From the NCBI RefSeq assembly GCF_011386835.1, contig NC_088802.1, positions 22,072,001 to 22,136,000 of the forward strand: a stretch of DNA of 64,000 nt. The letters are read 5' to 3'. The DNA is from Chrysemys picta bellii. Its lineage: Eukaryota. Numbering within the stretch: the first letter of the stretch is position 1; every line of letters begins with the position of its first letter. Made by a program: the position numbers and the translations under genes. A model generated the notes under the pieces. The model was not told the origin of the DNA. It ran no database searches and worked only from the letters and a program-made list of their open reading frames with translations. Positions 47,171 to 59,355 of this stretch are shown piece by piece.

Positions 47171-48668
47171 ATGGGAGTTGAGTAAGCGCAGCAAGAGGTT
47201 CGGACACTATATTGCAAGAGTGGCCTTGTGACAGATATGACAAGGTCCTGTAACATCCTGGATAAACCTGATTGAATTAAGTTTCATATCTTTGGAGTTC
47301 ATTGTATTAAAAATGCAAATGTTTGTGTACTATTGTAGGATTGTGTGGAGCTTCTCATAAGGAAGGCAATTGCTGGGAGATATTGGGGACTTCAATGTAC
47401 TTTTTGGGATAATACATGTGAAATGGATTTTCAAGGAAATTAGTGGGGGTGAAGATTATGCAAATGACCCACCTAGAATCCAACCTTTTGAAGCTACACT
47501 TTGAGCAGATTCCCATTGTCTGGCTGATTACCTAGTCAAGATCTCTTTAAAGAGCCAAACTGGAGAAATCAATGACTCAGAATCAGGAGATGATCTTGGT
47601 CTGAGCTGAGATGTGATGAACTTGAAACCAGAGGAAGATCCTTTGCTACTTGTTGGACAGCTCCTACCAGAGCCCTGCACACATATTTAATCTCATACTT
47701 CACTAGAAGCTAAATTAGTTTGGCTTTGCTCTTAAATTACAGGGAGAAAATCTGTCTGATTTGCATTCCCTTGGCCTGCTCAGATTCTCCAGTGTGTCTG
47801 TGTATGGTTCCCCTAGTATGACCCAGCCTGTTCAAACAGGTTCCAGTGCTCCCCAAGTACAGAAGGCTACAGACTTTAACACACTGACTCTTAATGTCCA
47901 TTAAGGCTGTGTCTACACTATAAGCTAGAGGTGTGATTCCCAGTTCCCCAGTTCCTGGAGCTAGCATTCCAAAATTAACAGTAGTATCATGGGCAGCAGT
48001 GAGTGGAGGCACAGACTAGTTTCACTGAATGAAAACCTGCCTGAGAACCCTATGCGTAGGTATTTGGCATGCCTAGCCCATGCCAACATATGCCAGGTCC
48101 TGTACTACAGCAGCTACATTACACTTCGTGTGTGTCTACACAGTCAGCTAGGGGTGTGATTCCCAGCTCACGCAGACATACTCATGGTAAGTCTCATTGA
48201 GGTAGCTCACTCAAAATAGTAAAATGTTAGGCAAGTATTGGAAAGAGCCTCTTTCCCTACAGCCAAGACAGACCCCTTTTGGGTGAAATATCCTTTCCAT
48301 TATATGGTACTAAAAGCATCACAGTAGTGACGGATCCTGAAGCTATCTTAACAATTACTAGAGGGAAACCCCATCTGTCACACTAGAAATATAGCTAGAG
48401 AGAGAGAATGTTACTGAAAAATTACTAGAGTGCCCAAAGGATGGTACCATTGTGTTTATAGAATTTACACCTGGGTTTGACTTACAAATCAATGTACCAT
48501 GGTACTGTTCCTCTATGTGGCACACTGGTGAAGCCATATCCACAGCACTGATTGATGCAGTGTGGAACGGTTGTATTGCAGACTGGCATTCTGTAGAATC
48601 AGGGGTGCATCAGTTATGCTTTCAGGTATGCTTTAGAGTATTTAATGTTATAATAGAGTATTGGATGA

Positions 48669-49774
48669 TGTGACGGGGTGCAACCTGAGACTGTGGGACT
48701 TCTGTGCCCCCTGAATTCACCAGCCTGGGGTGTGTCTCAAAATGCTCTGCTACTGACAAGCAGCAAACCACTCTCCAGGTGCTGTTATCATTCAGTCCAG
48801 CAGCATGTGAAGTCCCATACCCAGCTTGATTGCATGAATGCTCTCAGAGCCACTCATGAAATCTCAGAGAGAAAGGCACCAACCAGATCCTCCCAGCCTT
48901 GTACCTCAGGGATATACTGTCTTGCACTGCTCAATAGAAAATTGAAAGCCAACCAAACCAGATGGGATGCACTGCTCAAGATCATGTCATGAACAATGCA
49001 AATGTATTAATTGATTTGCCACTTCTTTAAGGGGAGTAGACATGCACAGCCTTTGCAACCTGAGTAGATTTACCAAACACTTCAGACAAACTCACTAGTA
49101 AGAATAAACATAAAAATAAGTTTACTGATGGCAAAAGATAGATTTTAAGTGATTACAAGTAGTAAGCGTATAGATCAAAGTTAGTTTAAGAAATACAATA
49201 AAATCGCAGTCTGGGTTCTAGTAACTGAATAATATATGAATCAAGCAATGTCTCACCCTGATAGATGATACAAATAGTTCCTTAGTATGCAGGCTAGAAA
49301 TCTTTTCAGCCTGGGACCCCCTCCCCAGTTCAGAGTCTTTGTTTTCCAGATGTTCCTTCAAGCGTTGAGTTGTGGGGGAAGAAAGAACAAGTCATGATGT
49401 CACTTTCCTTCTTTTATAGCTTCCTCCAGTGGCTGGAGTTTTACAGTTTCAAACACAGGCCCCAGCCGAGTTTGTGGAAAAATACAGTTTACAAGATGGA
49501 GTCAGGGTCACATGAGCAAGTCACATGCCCTTGCATACTTTGATGACTCCACAATAGCAGCCATCACCCATTCTTCAGCTAGAAAGTTTACAGGAAGGCC
49601 CCTCAGGCGGGGACAGGTTTCTTCTATGGTCTATTGAGAGAGTTAAGTGTTCACTAATGGGCTATTAACTTGAATAGTCCGTTCACAATGTGTTGGCCAG
49701 ACAAGATTTAAATACCTGGTGGGTGTCACCCCAGTAGCAAACATCTGAAATACTGGTACCTACTTAATATTCAT
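48669..49774. mobile_element. LTR-like element, truncated
   Basis: Starts TGTGACGGGG; paralog of 26627-27659. Confidence 0.65.
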
Positions 49775-49889
49775 GTCAGGGACTCGAACCCAGACGGCAT
49801 GGTTCGTTGTCTGACCGCAGAGAGACAGGCAACACCAGCAAGGTCCAAACACAAGCTCTTCATTGAGTAGTGCACACAACAATAGAGAG

Positions 49890-50023
49890 TATCAGAGGAG
49901 TAGCCATGTTAGTCTGAATCTGTAAAAAAGCAACAGAGGGTCCTGTGGCACCTTTGAGACTAACAGAAGTATTGGGAGCATAAGCTTTCGTGGGTAAGAA
50001 CCTCACTTCTACAGATGCAAGAG
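49890..50023. mobile_element. Penelope-like fragment, 134 bp
   Basis: 12-bp TSD aacaatagagag (49878-49889, 50024-50035); sits inside an LTR-like stretch starting tgtcaggg near 49774. Confidence 0.75.
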
Positions 50024-50407
50024 AACAATAGAGAGCGGCCCGTCTCCAGAGAGAACCAGCCCTGATTACAATAACTAGTGAGATTATATAGACAGTTCCA
50101 TCGCGTCATAGTTAAAACAACCCAATCCACCCCCCTTTATTAGTTAAAAGCTTCTAATATTCATGCATATCTATCTTCTTTGACACTACAAACAATTTGT
50201 GATGCCTCAGCAACTTCTTATCAGCTTTGTTGTCATGCACCAGAGACTAGGAGAAAGGAGGGAGTTGAGTACAGATGAAGAACAGAAACAGTCCAAAAAA
50301 ACCGTTCCTAGTACATCTGGTACAAGAATGCGCGCCCCCCCCCCCAATCTCATTCTTTGAAGCCCAAGCATGCATGTCCTTATGTTTCACAGAGAGACAG
50401 GAATGGT

Positions 50408-53400
50408 CCCCTTCACAGATTCGAAATATTTAATGTACTTAGCTGGCCACCATTGATGAGTATGGAAAAAATTCCTAGGGCAGGTAGATAGATAAATAGT
50501 TTTTTGTATGATACATATACATACATGTTGGTTTGTCAATGCTCACAAGAGACTACTCTAATACAGAAATTTGCACTGTGCAGAATCACAGTATTTCTGC
50601 TGCCTGGCAAACAAATGTGTCTGCAAGATTACTCTGTGTTTTTTTTTCTAGTGTGCAAAGGGAAGGAAATAAGAAGGGAAATTTATGCCCCGCTGAGAGC
50701 AAGAGATATTGGGCCATGTTGCAATCTTATTTACACCACTGGTAAACATGGAGTAACTTTACCGAAGCTGATGATGTTACTCCAGATTCGCACAAGGTTA
50801 ACTGGAGGTTAGAATCTGGTCTGTTATTCCTAATGGTGAGTTTTTATTGCCTGTTAATTTCCAAATCAGTTTTCTAGTGTTGTTTGACATAACACTTCAC
50901 AACCCTGCTTCCTTCTGTACACTGAATATTAAATAAAAGAGCCATTATGTCTCAGCATTTTCACTTTCTAGCCTCAGTGCCAGAATAGCCTGAATATGTT
51001 CCACTGTAATCTGATTGTTCATTGTAAGTGAGAGCACAAAATGGTGAACACAACTGATACAAACTTCATACTAAGGTCAAACAAGGCTAACATCTATAGA
51101 GATGGCTGAATAATTTAGAGCAAGTGATGCATACAGTAATTTTTTCCAGTTTTTTCCATGCAGAACCACACAATGTTCTCAAATGCACTCATTCAAAATT
51201 ACTCTAAAAATGTAATAAAAAACCCAGGTTGATTGTGAGCCACCTGTGGTCAAATATTTATTGAAATTCTTTTTCATTGTGGGGACTTTTGTCTAAAGTG
51301 CTTCAGTGGCTGAGGAGCCTAATCTTGGAATAATGAGATCCAAGGGCAAGAAGCTCAAATTCAAATTAAAAATGTGGCACATCTTTTTAACAGTGATGGT
51401 GATTAACTATCAGAACCAACTCAGACTAGGTGCATTCCTGGAGTATAGGATTTAGTCAAACGTTATTAGACTAAGTCCAGGGGCAACTGGGTGAAATTTA
51501 ATGGCCTTGGTTATACAGGAGGTCAGAATAGATGATCAAATGATTCTTTCTGGGCTTAAAAATCGATGAATCTAGGTGCCATAGAAAATTAATGGGAGTT
51601 AAACTTCCAAGTCATTTGGGCACTTTTGACGTATCTCTGTCTCTATTCTAATCTATCTAAGCCTGTGTCACTGGCCACATGGCAGAGAGAAGAGAAAAGC
51701 GTCTTACCCCTGCAGCTACCTCTAGGCAAATGCCAGCAAATCCAGGGTCAGCCAGCCTGGGGAAAACTATGCCTCATGGTTGAGCCAATCAGGAGCTGTT
51801 CTGTAGCAACACCATAGAATATATTTCCCTGAACCAATCACAACGTCCCAAGGGGCGTGGCTTTTGACCGGTGGTTTGTTTAAAAAAAATACAGCTCTTT
51901 AAACAAAGGAATGAAAAGACAAACACTGTACATAACACAAGTTGTTGTAGTAATATACCAGCCTTTAGCTTGCTTTTTAATTCTTTGCCGAAAGAAAAAC
52001 TGCTGTAAAAAAAGCTTTAAATTTACAGACTTTATAAAGCACACACACAGGCTAACTTAACTGTTTTACATTATGCTAGTTTTTCTTTTAACACTTTATA
52101 CCAGAGATTAGAAGGCTTTCCCCCCACCCCTGACTCTTTTTCTTCTTAATGTTTTTTTTTAATCAAAACACAGTTAAACCAAGTAAAGTTTTAACAAACT
52201 TTTAAAACACCAATCAAAAGAAACATATCTGTAGATTTCTTTATTTACCGGTTATCTTTTTCAGTGAAAGATTTTTTAATCACAGGATTACAATTAAATA
52301 AAGTGATTAGAAGCTACACCATCACAAATTTTACAAATAATTTAATCATGTTTTTACATTTTAAAAAGATGCAGTTTAAATTGTATTACAGAGATGATAG
52401 TTATTTAGTTATGGAAGTTGAATAAAGAAAGATTTTAGTAATTTTTTTGTTGAAATGCCTTGCATAGTATGAAAACCCACCTGCACAAATAGCTTACAGG
52501 AATGTAAATTGTGAAGACATAAGTTCCAGGAGAATAGCAATATTATACAAAACCCACATGTAAAGAAGGGCTGTACAATAATAAAATAAAACAGAAAAAG
52601 ACATGTTATAGCTTTCTAAATGTTTAATGGCACTCTTTCAAAAATAGTATTAGCTTGCTTTTTAGAGTTTTGCCTAAACAAATTGACCAGAATACAAAAG
52701 AAAACCCAATGAAAACTGCTCTGCCTTAAATTGTTAAGAAATCCAGGGTGCAGTTAAAAAAAACAAAACACATAATTGATTGGTTTTATAATGGTTTATA
52801 TATATATAAAAAACAAAAGCCACAGCTCGAGTTAAACTCAAGTTGCTCCTCGAGCTAACGTTGCAGATAGGGGTATGTCTGCACCGCAATCACTTGATGT
52901 TACTGCAGCTCATGTAGACACACCCAAGTCAGCTTTAAACTAGCTAGCTCAGGTACCGGAGCAATGGACCTGCAGCAGCCTGTGCTTCAGCCTGGGCTGT
53001 AGCAGCCCACCCGGAACCCTGTGAATTTACTTACATGGCTAATCTCAGCTGAAGCGTGCGCTGCCGCAGCTTTAACGCTCCAGTACTTGGTAGCTAGAGT
53101 AAAGCTTGCTGGGGACTGTCTACACCAGCTGAAATCACACCCCATGATTGCAGGGTAAACTGACCCAAAGACAAGCCCATAAATTCAACCCCAAATGTGC
53201 AAACAGGTGTGAAAAATGATGAGAATGGCTTAAAAATCATGAGATATTAATCTACACATTTACTGGCATTTTTTTCTCAGGGCCTCTTTCACCTCTTTGT
53301 TTCTCAGGCTGTATATGAAGGGATTGGCCATAGGAGTCAGAATTGTGTAGAAGACAGAGAACACTTTGTTGAGGTCTCTGAGTGTGTTGGTGTTTGGTAG

Positions 53401-56255
53401 CAAATACACAATGATCAGGGTCCCATAGAAAATTGTCACTACAATGAGGTGAGAGGAGCAGGTAGAAAATGCTTTTTGCCTCCCGGTGGTGGACCGGATT
53501 CGCAGGATAGTGGAGATGATACACAGGTAGGATGTCCCAGTTAAAGCAAACGGGGGCAGGGTGAATAAAGCAGCCACAATGATGATTACAAGCTCCACCT
53601 GGTAGATGTCGTTGCGGTAGAGATTTATTATTTGTGTAAATTCACAGAAGAAATGATCAATTTCATTGGGGCCGCAGAAAGGTAATTGTAACATCATACC
53701 CGTTACTACGGAACTAGCCAGTAACCCACTTATCCAAGACCCAGCTGCTAGCTGGAGGCAGAAACTGCCATTCATAAGGGTTGCATAATGCAGTGGTTTG
53801 CATATCGCTAGGTACCGATCATAAGACATTGCTGCCAGGAGATAACACTCGGTGGCTGCAAAGAAGCCAAAAAAGTAACATTGTGTGATGCAGCCACCAA
53901 TAGAAATAGTTTTGTCCCCAGTCAGGAAACTGGCCAGCATCCTGGGCAGGATAGTGGAGGTGTAGCAGGTTTCCAGCCATGACAAGTTCCCCAGAAAGAA
54001 GTACATGGGGGTGTGAAGGTGCTGATCAGCCACAACTAGCACAACAGTGAGGATGTTCCCGGCCATGGTCACCATGTAAATCACAAAGAACAACATAAAG
54101 AGAAGAATCTGCAGTTTGGGAATAGTCCCAAAACCCAGGAGGATGAACTCTGTGAGGGAGGTTTGATTTCCCTGTTCTGTGTCTGCCATGGACCAAACTA
54201 TACAAGAGAACAAGAATGGCATTAGTTAAATGTCAAGATCACATTATCAATTTAAATGCATTAATGTTCAAATGCTCCCTCTCCTTCAGGTCCCCCAAAC
54301 AAATACTGGGCTGAGCACACAGTCTGGGGGCTTGGAGTCATATAATGGAGGCTTATGACATCTGAGAGTGAATGAGAAAAACTGACACACAAACATGCTG
54401 CTAAGGCAAGCTCAGATTTGTGTAAAAACCCTATTTTTTCTGATTGGCAAAAGAATAAGCCTTGCTCCCTTTGTTCTGCTCCAAGAGCTGACACTAGTGG
54501 TATGCAGTGGGAAAACCAGATCACCAGGAGGAGTCTGGCAAATGAAGGACTCCCTGAATTCTCACAGCCTCGTTTGGGCTGGTAAAACACCCTACAATTT
54601 TGCTGGCTGTGAATCGGCTTGGTTTGTCCCTGACAGAAACCAACTCACCATGCGTGAGGTTGTGCCACTCCAAACCATCACCTCCTAAGCCTTTTTAGGT
54701 GGTCATCATTTGATTTCATTGTGCTGTACCATGTAGATAAGTTTTTATGCTGCTTTGTGATCATTGCATATTAACTTTTGAATTCCTCTGTTCAATTTTC
54801 AGAATGTCCCTAAGCAGTTTGAATCAACATATCCCTTGGCAATCGTCTCAGTATATATTACATAAGCTCTGAATACAGAGTTGAGGCAGTGACCTCAGGA
54901 TTAGGGTCTAGAGTGTGAGGGATTTAGAGACCTGAAGTTGGGGATTTGGGTGAGGGCATCTCAAAGAGTTTTCCTCTGCCTAGAGCACCACATAGGGGAT
55001 TCTGTGGGCCTGATTTTGGTGGAAATCAGGCTACTGGAAGCATCTCACCTGCCCATCATCATTGCAGTCATCAGCCATAGAGTCATTTATAGAGGAAATT
55101 CCTAGTCTCTTTATGTGGACAAGCACTCACTGAGGATAATTAAAAGCTACTACTGGAGATAATCTGGATAAGAGATAATACTGCAATATATAAACTGGGA
55201 TTCTATTTGAAGCCCACACCTTGGCTAGAGCATTCAGTTGGATGCCGATTGCAAAACTAAATGTCACTGAAAATGCCACATCCCAGTAGAAAGTTTTGAT
55301 TTTGATGAATCAACATTTCCATCAGAAAATTTTCAAATACATCAAAATTATAAAATAAATTAAAAAGAAACAAAACACTATACAATTATGAAAGAAATAG
55401 AAATAAAATATAAAAAAGTAAAATTAAAATAAACACTATAAAGTAAAAATAAAACTATAGAACATAAAATTAAAATATAAAATGCAATAAAATAAAAAAT
55501 ATATATAAACAAATATTTTCAAAAATGGAAAATTTTAACAAAATAAAATTAAAAAATAACATTTGAAAGTAAATAAAATAGAAAGAGTAAAAAAATAAAA
55601 AGTTATAAGTGCAGTGAAATATGCTGGGAGAGAGTCGAAGATCAGTTAATCCCTGATTATGTGAGCAAGAACGACCTTGGCAAACATCTGAACGAGAGAA
55701 TGCTTGGTGCCACCTCAGAGGCCTGGCCAACCCCATCCAAGATCCCATCTCCAGCTGTGGCCATCCCTGATGCTTCAGAGGAAGGAGACCTAAAACCACC
55801 CCTAAAACAAAAACCCTCCGAGAATACATTCCCAGAGGGGGATCCCCTTCCTGACCTGAAACCCTGAAGCATGAGCTTTAGGAAGCTAAGACATAAACCA
55901 GAAGTGAGGCCCAGGGCTGCTAAGCCGTGCCCTCCAACATCTCAAGAAATGCAATCGTACAGTTGCACTCATAAATTTGTCCAGCTCTCTCTTAAAACTA
56001 ATTAAGTTGTGTGTCCCTACAGCTCCTGTTGGAAGGTTGTTCCAGAATCTCACGCCTCTGTTGGTGAGAAACCTTCTTCTAATTTCCAGCCTGAATTTGT
56101 TCATGGCCAGTTATATACACATTTGTTTTTGTCCTACAAGGATAGGGAATTAGGAAGAGGAGCTCCACCATAACTTTTATCCCAGTAGTTATGGTGCTCA
56201 TCTCGGATATGGGAGACCCCTACTTCAAGTGTCTGATGAGGAGAAATGACTGAAA
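50408..56255 (-). repeat. Inverted segmental duplication, arm 2 (block X')
   Basis: Reverse complement of 28279-35300, lacking the CR1 and Penelope-like insertions of arm 1. Confidence 0.9.
53260..54189 (-). CDS. Class II olfactory receptor, 309 aa, intact (paralog F, inverted copy of C)
   Basis: 20 aa differences from C by manual count; candidate acceptor TAG at 54198-54200 (minus). Confidence 0.93.
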   Translation of the reverse strand: MADTEQGNQTSLTEFILLGFGTIPKLQILLFMLFFVIYMVTMAGNILTVVLVVADQHLHTPMYFFLGNLSWLETCYTSTILPRMLASFLTGDKTISIGGCITQCYFFGFFAATECYLLAAMSYDRYLAICKPLHYATLMNGSFCLQLAAGSWISGLLASSVVTGMMLQLPFCGPNEIDHFFCEFTQIINLYRNDIYQVELVIIIVAALFTLPPFALTGTSYLCIISTILRIRSTTGRQKAFSTCSSHLIVVTIFYGTLIIVYLLPNTNTLRDLNKVFSVFYTILTPMANPFIYSLRNKEVKEALRKKCQ

Positions 56256-56769
56256 TTGCTAGGATTTTTCAAGAAAAAGAAATGAGTGTGCCTGGAAAAC
56301 ATTCTCTAGTCACAGTGACATACTTTCAAAAAGTGCCCGATAGAAAATTAGTGAGACTTCTGTTCCTAAGTCACTTAAACTCCTTTGAAAATCTGACTCA
56401 ATGGGACTTTAGCTCATTGTTCTGCACATCTGAAAGTCAGGCTCCACATATACACGAGAGTCTATCCTGCCCTCATGAAAGTGAGTGGCTATTTTGACAT
56501 CAATTTTTAATAGAAATGGGAATGAATCCAATGTTCTCTCCAATGTCCAATCTATGTTTGTCCCCATATGACCCTATAGAGAAACTGAACCTTTCCTCCA
56601 TTATCAGCCCATGAGACAAATATTTAAGCAAAGAGATTAAAATATTCATAAATGATCTAAGAAAACGAGTACACAACACTGGCTCTAGTACTATTTACCT
56701 GTCTCCACTCAGAAAGTTTCCTTTGCACAGAATCTGCCTATGTTCACAGCTAGGTTCTAGTACAAGTTT

Positions 56770-57802
56770 AAACAGTGAAGTGGCAAAATTTACACACTAT
56801 ACAAAACTACTCAAGGTAGTTAAGTCCAAAGCAGACTATGAAGAGTTACAAAAGGGATCTCAAAAAATGGAGTGGCTGTGCAAGAAAATGGCAGATGAAA
56901 TTCAATGCTGATAAATGCAAAGTAAAGCACATTGGAAAACATAATCCCAGCTATTCACACAAGATGATGAGGTCTAAATTAGCTGTTACCACTCAAGAAA
57001 GATCCTGGAGTCACCATGGGTAGTTCTGTGAGAAGATCTGCTCAATGTGCAGCAGCAGTCAAGAAAACTAACATAATGTTAGGCACCATTAGGAAAGGGA
57101 CAGATAAGAAGACAGACAATATCATAATGACACTGTATAAATTCATGGTACACCTACACCATGAATACTGAGTGAAGTTCTGGTCACCCCATCTCAAAAA
57201 TGATATATCCAAATTGGAAAAAGTACAGAGAAGGGCAACAAAAATGATTATGGGTATGGAACAGCTTCCATATGAGGAGAGATTTAAAAGACTGGGACTG
57301 TTTGGCTTGGAAAAGAAAGGAGTAAGATGGGATATGAAATCATGAATGGTGCGGAGAAAGTAAATAAGATAGTGTTATTTACATCTTCACAAAACACATG
57401 AACCAGGAGTCACCTGCCAAAATTAATAGGCAGCAGGTTTAATACATACAAAAGGAAGAATTTCTTCACACAATGCACAGTCAAGTGGTAGAACTTGTTG
57501 CCAGAGGATGTTGTGAAGGCCAAAAGTATAACTGAGACAAAAAGAAATAGATAGCCATTGATGGACCTATCCTCCATGAAGTTATTAGCCAAGATGCTCT
57601 GGGACTCATCCCCACTCTTGGGGTGTCCATAAACCTCTGGCGGCTAGAAGCTGGGACTGGACAACAGAGGATGGATCACTCAACAAATTGCTCTTTTCTG
57701 TTCACTCCTTCTAAAACATCTGACACCGGCCACTGTTGGAAGACAGGATACTGGCTATATGGACCATTGGTCTGACCCAGTATGGCCATACTTACATTCT
57801 TA
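56770..57802 (+). mobile_element. Old CR1 3' fragment
   Basis: [25 protein letters not shown] motifs with stops and frameshifts; ...cttacattctta tail. Confidence 0.85.
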
Positions 57803-58017
57803 TTAAAACTAAGTGTCTTCTCCAGAGAATGCCCTACCCCGAACCTCCCCATAAAACACACACACTCTCTCCAAAAAAAGAAACTACAGCTAACATGCAC
57901 CAAATGAACTCCATTTTCTCAGTGCTGCCTTCAGAAGTAGAGAGAGAGAGATGAGTGATTTCAGTAGTAGCTGGGTTCCCAATCACAACGCCTTTCTTGC
58001 AATTCATTCAGTGTGAG

Positions 58018-59162
58018 TAGGGTGACCAGACGTCCCGATTTTATCGGGCCTGTCCCGATATTTGCTTGTTTGTCCCGTGTCACGACTGATGTGCGGTCGG
58101 GACACTGGACAAACAAGCAATTTTGCCCTCCTGGAAGGGCTCTTGGCCTCCCCCACCCGACTCCGCCCCCTCCATCCCCCATTGGCTCCCTCCCCAAATC
58201 CCCGCCCTGGCCCCGCCTCTTCCCCATGCATGTGGCATTCCACCTCCCTCCCAGGCTTGTTGCTGTAATGGCGGGGCAAGCCTGGAGGGCGGGGGTGGTG
58301 GCCGGCTTCCAGTTCCTGGAGCTGGTGAGTAGGGGCACTGGGCGGGCAAGGGAGGCTGGCAAGGGGGCTGCTCCCCCAGGAGGTACAGGGGGGACTCCGG
58401 ACACCAGCAGTGGTGGGGGAGAGCGGCTCGGGGCCGCACGAGTGGCCATGTAAAGTTTATCGTATTGGACGGCCCCCGGCCGGCTGCCCGCCCCGCGCCA
58501 GCATGTCGCACCCGCCGCCACAGGCCAGGTAAGGAGCCGAGTCACCCCCTCCCCCCTTGTCCTGGCTCCTCAGCTGAGCCCCCCGTCACCCTCCTGGGGG
58601 AGCAGCCCCCTTGCCCGCCCGGTGCCCATACTCACTAGCCTCAGGAACTGGAAGCTGGCCACCACCCCCTCCCTCCAGGTTTGCGCCAGCATTCCATCTG
58701 CAAGCCTTGGAGGGAGGAGGAATGCCGCTCAGCTGAGGAGCCGAAGGGAGGGAGGGAGAGACTCGGTTCCTTACCTGGCCTGTGGCGGCCTGCGGAATAT
58801 ACTGGTGTGGGGCGGGGACGCTACCCTCCTACAGGGCAGGGTGAGGAGCCAGCCGGGGTCCCCCCCCAGCTGATAAACTTTACGTGCCCACTTGCGCAGC
58901 CCTGAGCCGCTCTCCCCCGCCGCTGCCGGGGTCCGGAGCCCCGCACCTCTCACTCCAGCGGCTCCTTCCCCGCGGGGCGGCGGGACGTGCCACATGTGCC
59001 TGGGGCCCGGGGGGGGGGGGGAGAGGGGCAGCGGCCATGGTGCGGCCGGCACCTGCAAAACAGCTTTTTTTTTGCTCCGCCCACCCCATGCGTCCCAATA
59101 TCCCCCGCCCCTCCCCCCCCCCCCGCGTCCCGATATTTCCTGTCAGTGATCTGGTCACCCTA
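58018..59162. mobile_element. Non-autonomous hAT (Blackjack-type TIR), 1145 bp, GC-rich
   Basis: Perfect 13-bp TIR tagggtgaccaga/tctggtcacccta; perfect 8-bp TSD agtgtgag (58010-58017, 59163-59170). Confidence 0.9.
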
Positions 59163-59172
59163 AGTGTGAGCA

Positions 59173-59355
59173 TGCAGTGGAGTTGTAGCTGTATCTGTCC
59201 CAAGATATTTGAGAGACAAGGGAGGGGTGAGATAATACCTTTTATTGGACCAACTTCAGTTGGTGAGAGAGGAGAACTCGGTGTGGCTCAAAAACTTCTC
59301 TCTCACCAACTGAATTTGGTCCAATAAAAGATATTACCTCACCTACCTTGCCTCT
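59173..59355. mobile_element. Penelope-like hairpin insertion
   Basis: Inverted arms ~59210-59267 and ~59295-59352 (ttttattggaccaac / tggtccaataaaag); 9-bp TSD gtgtgagca. Confidence 0.65.

Noticed and set aside
57961-59327. Many 70-194 aa ORFs on both strands
   Set aside because: Stop-poor GC-rich interior of a TIR/TSD-bounded non-autonomous hAT; no transposase motifs.
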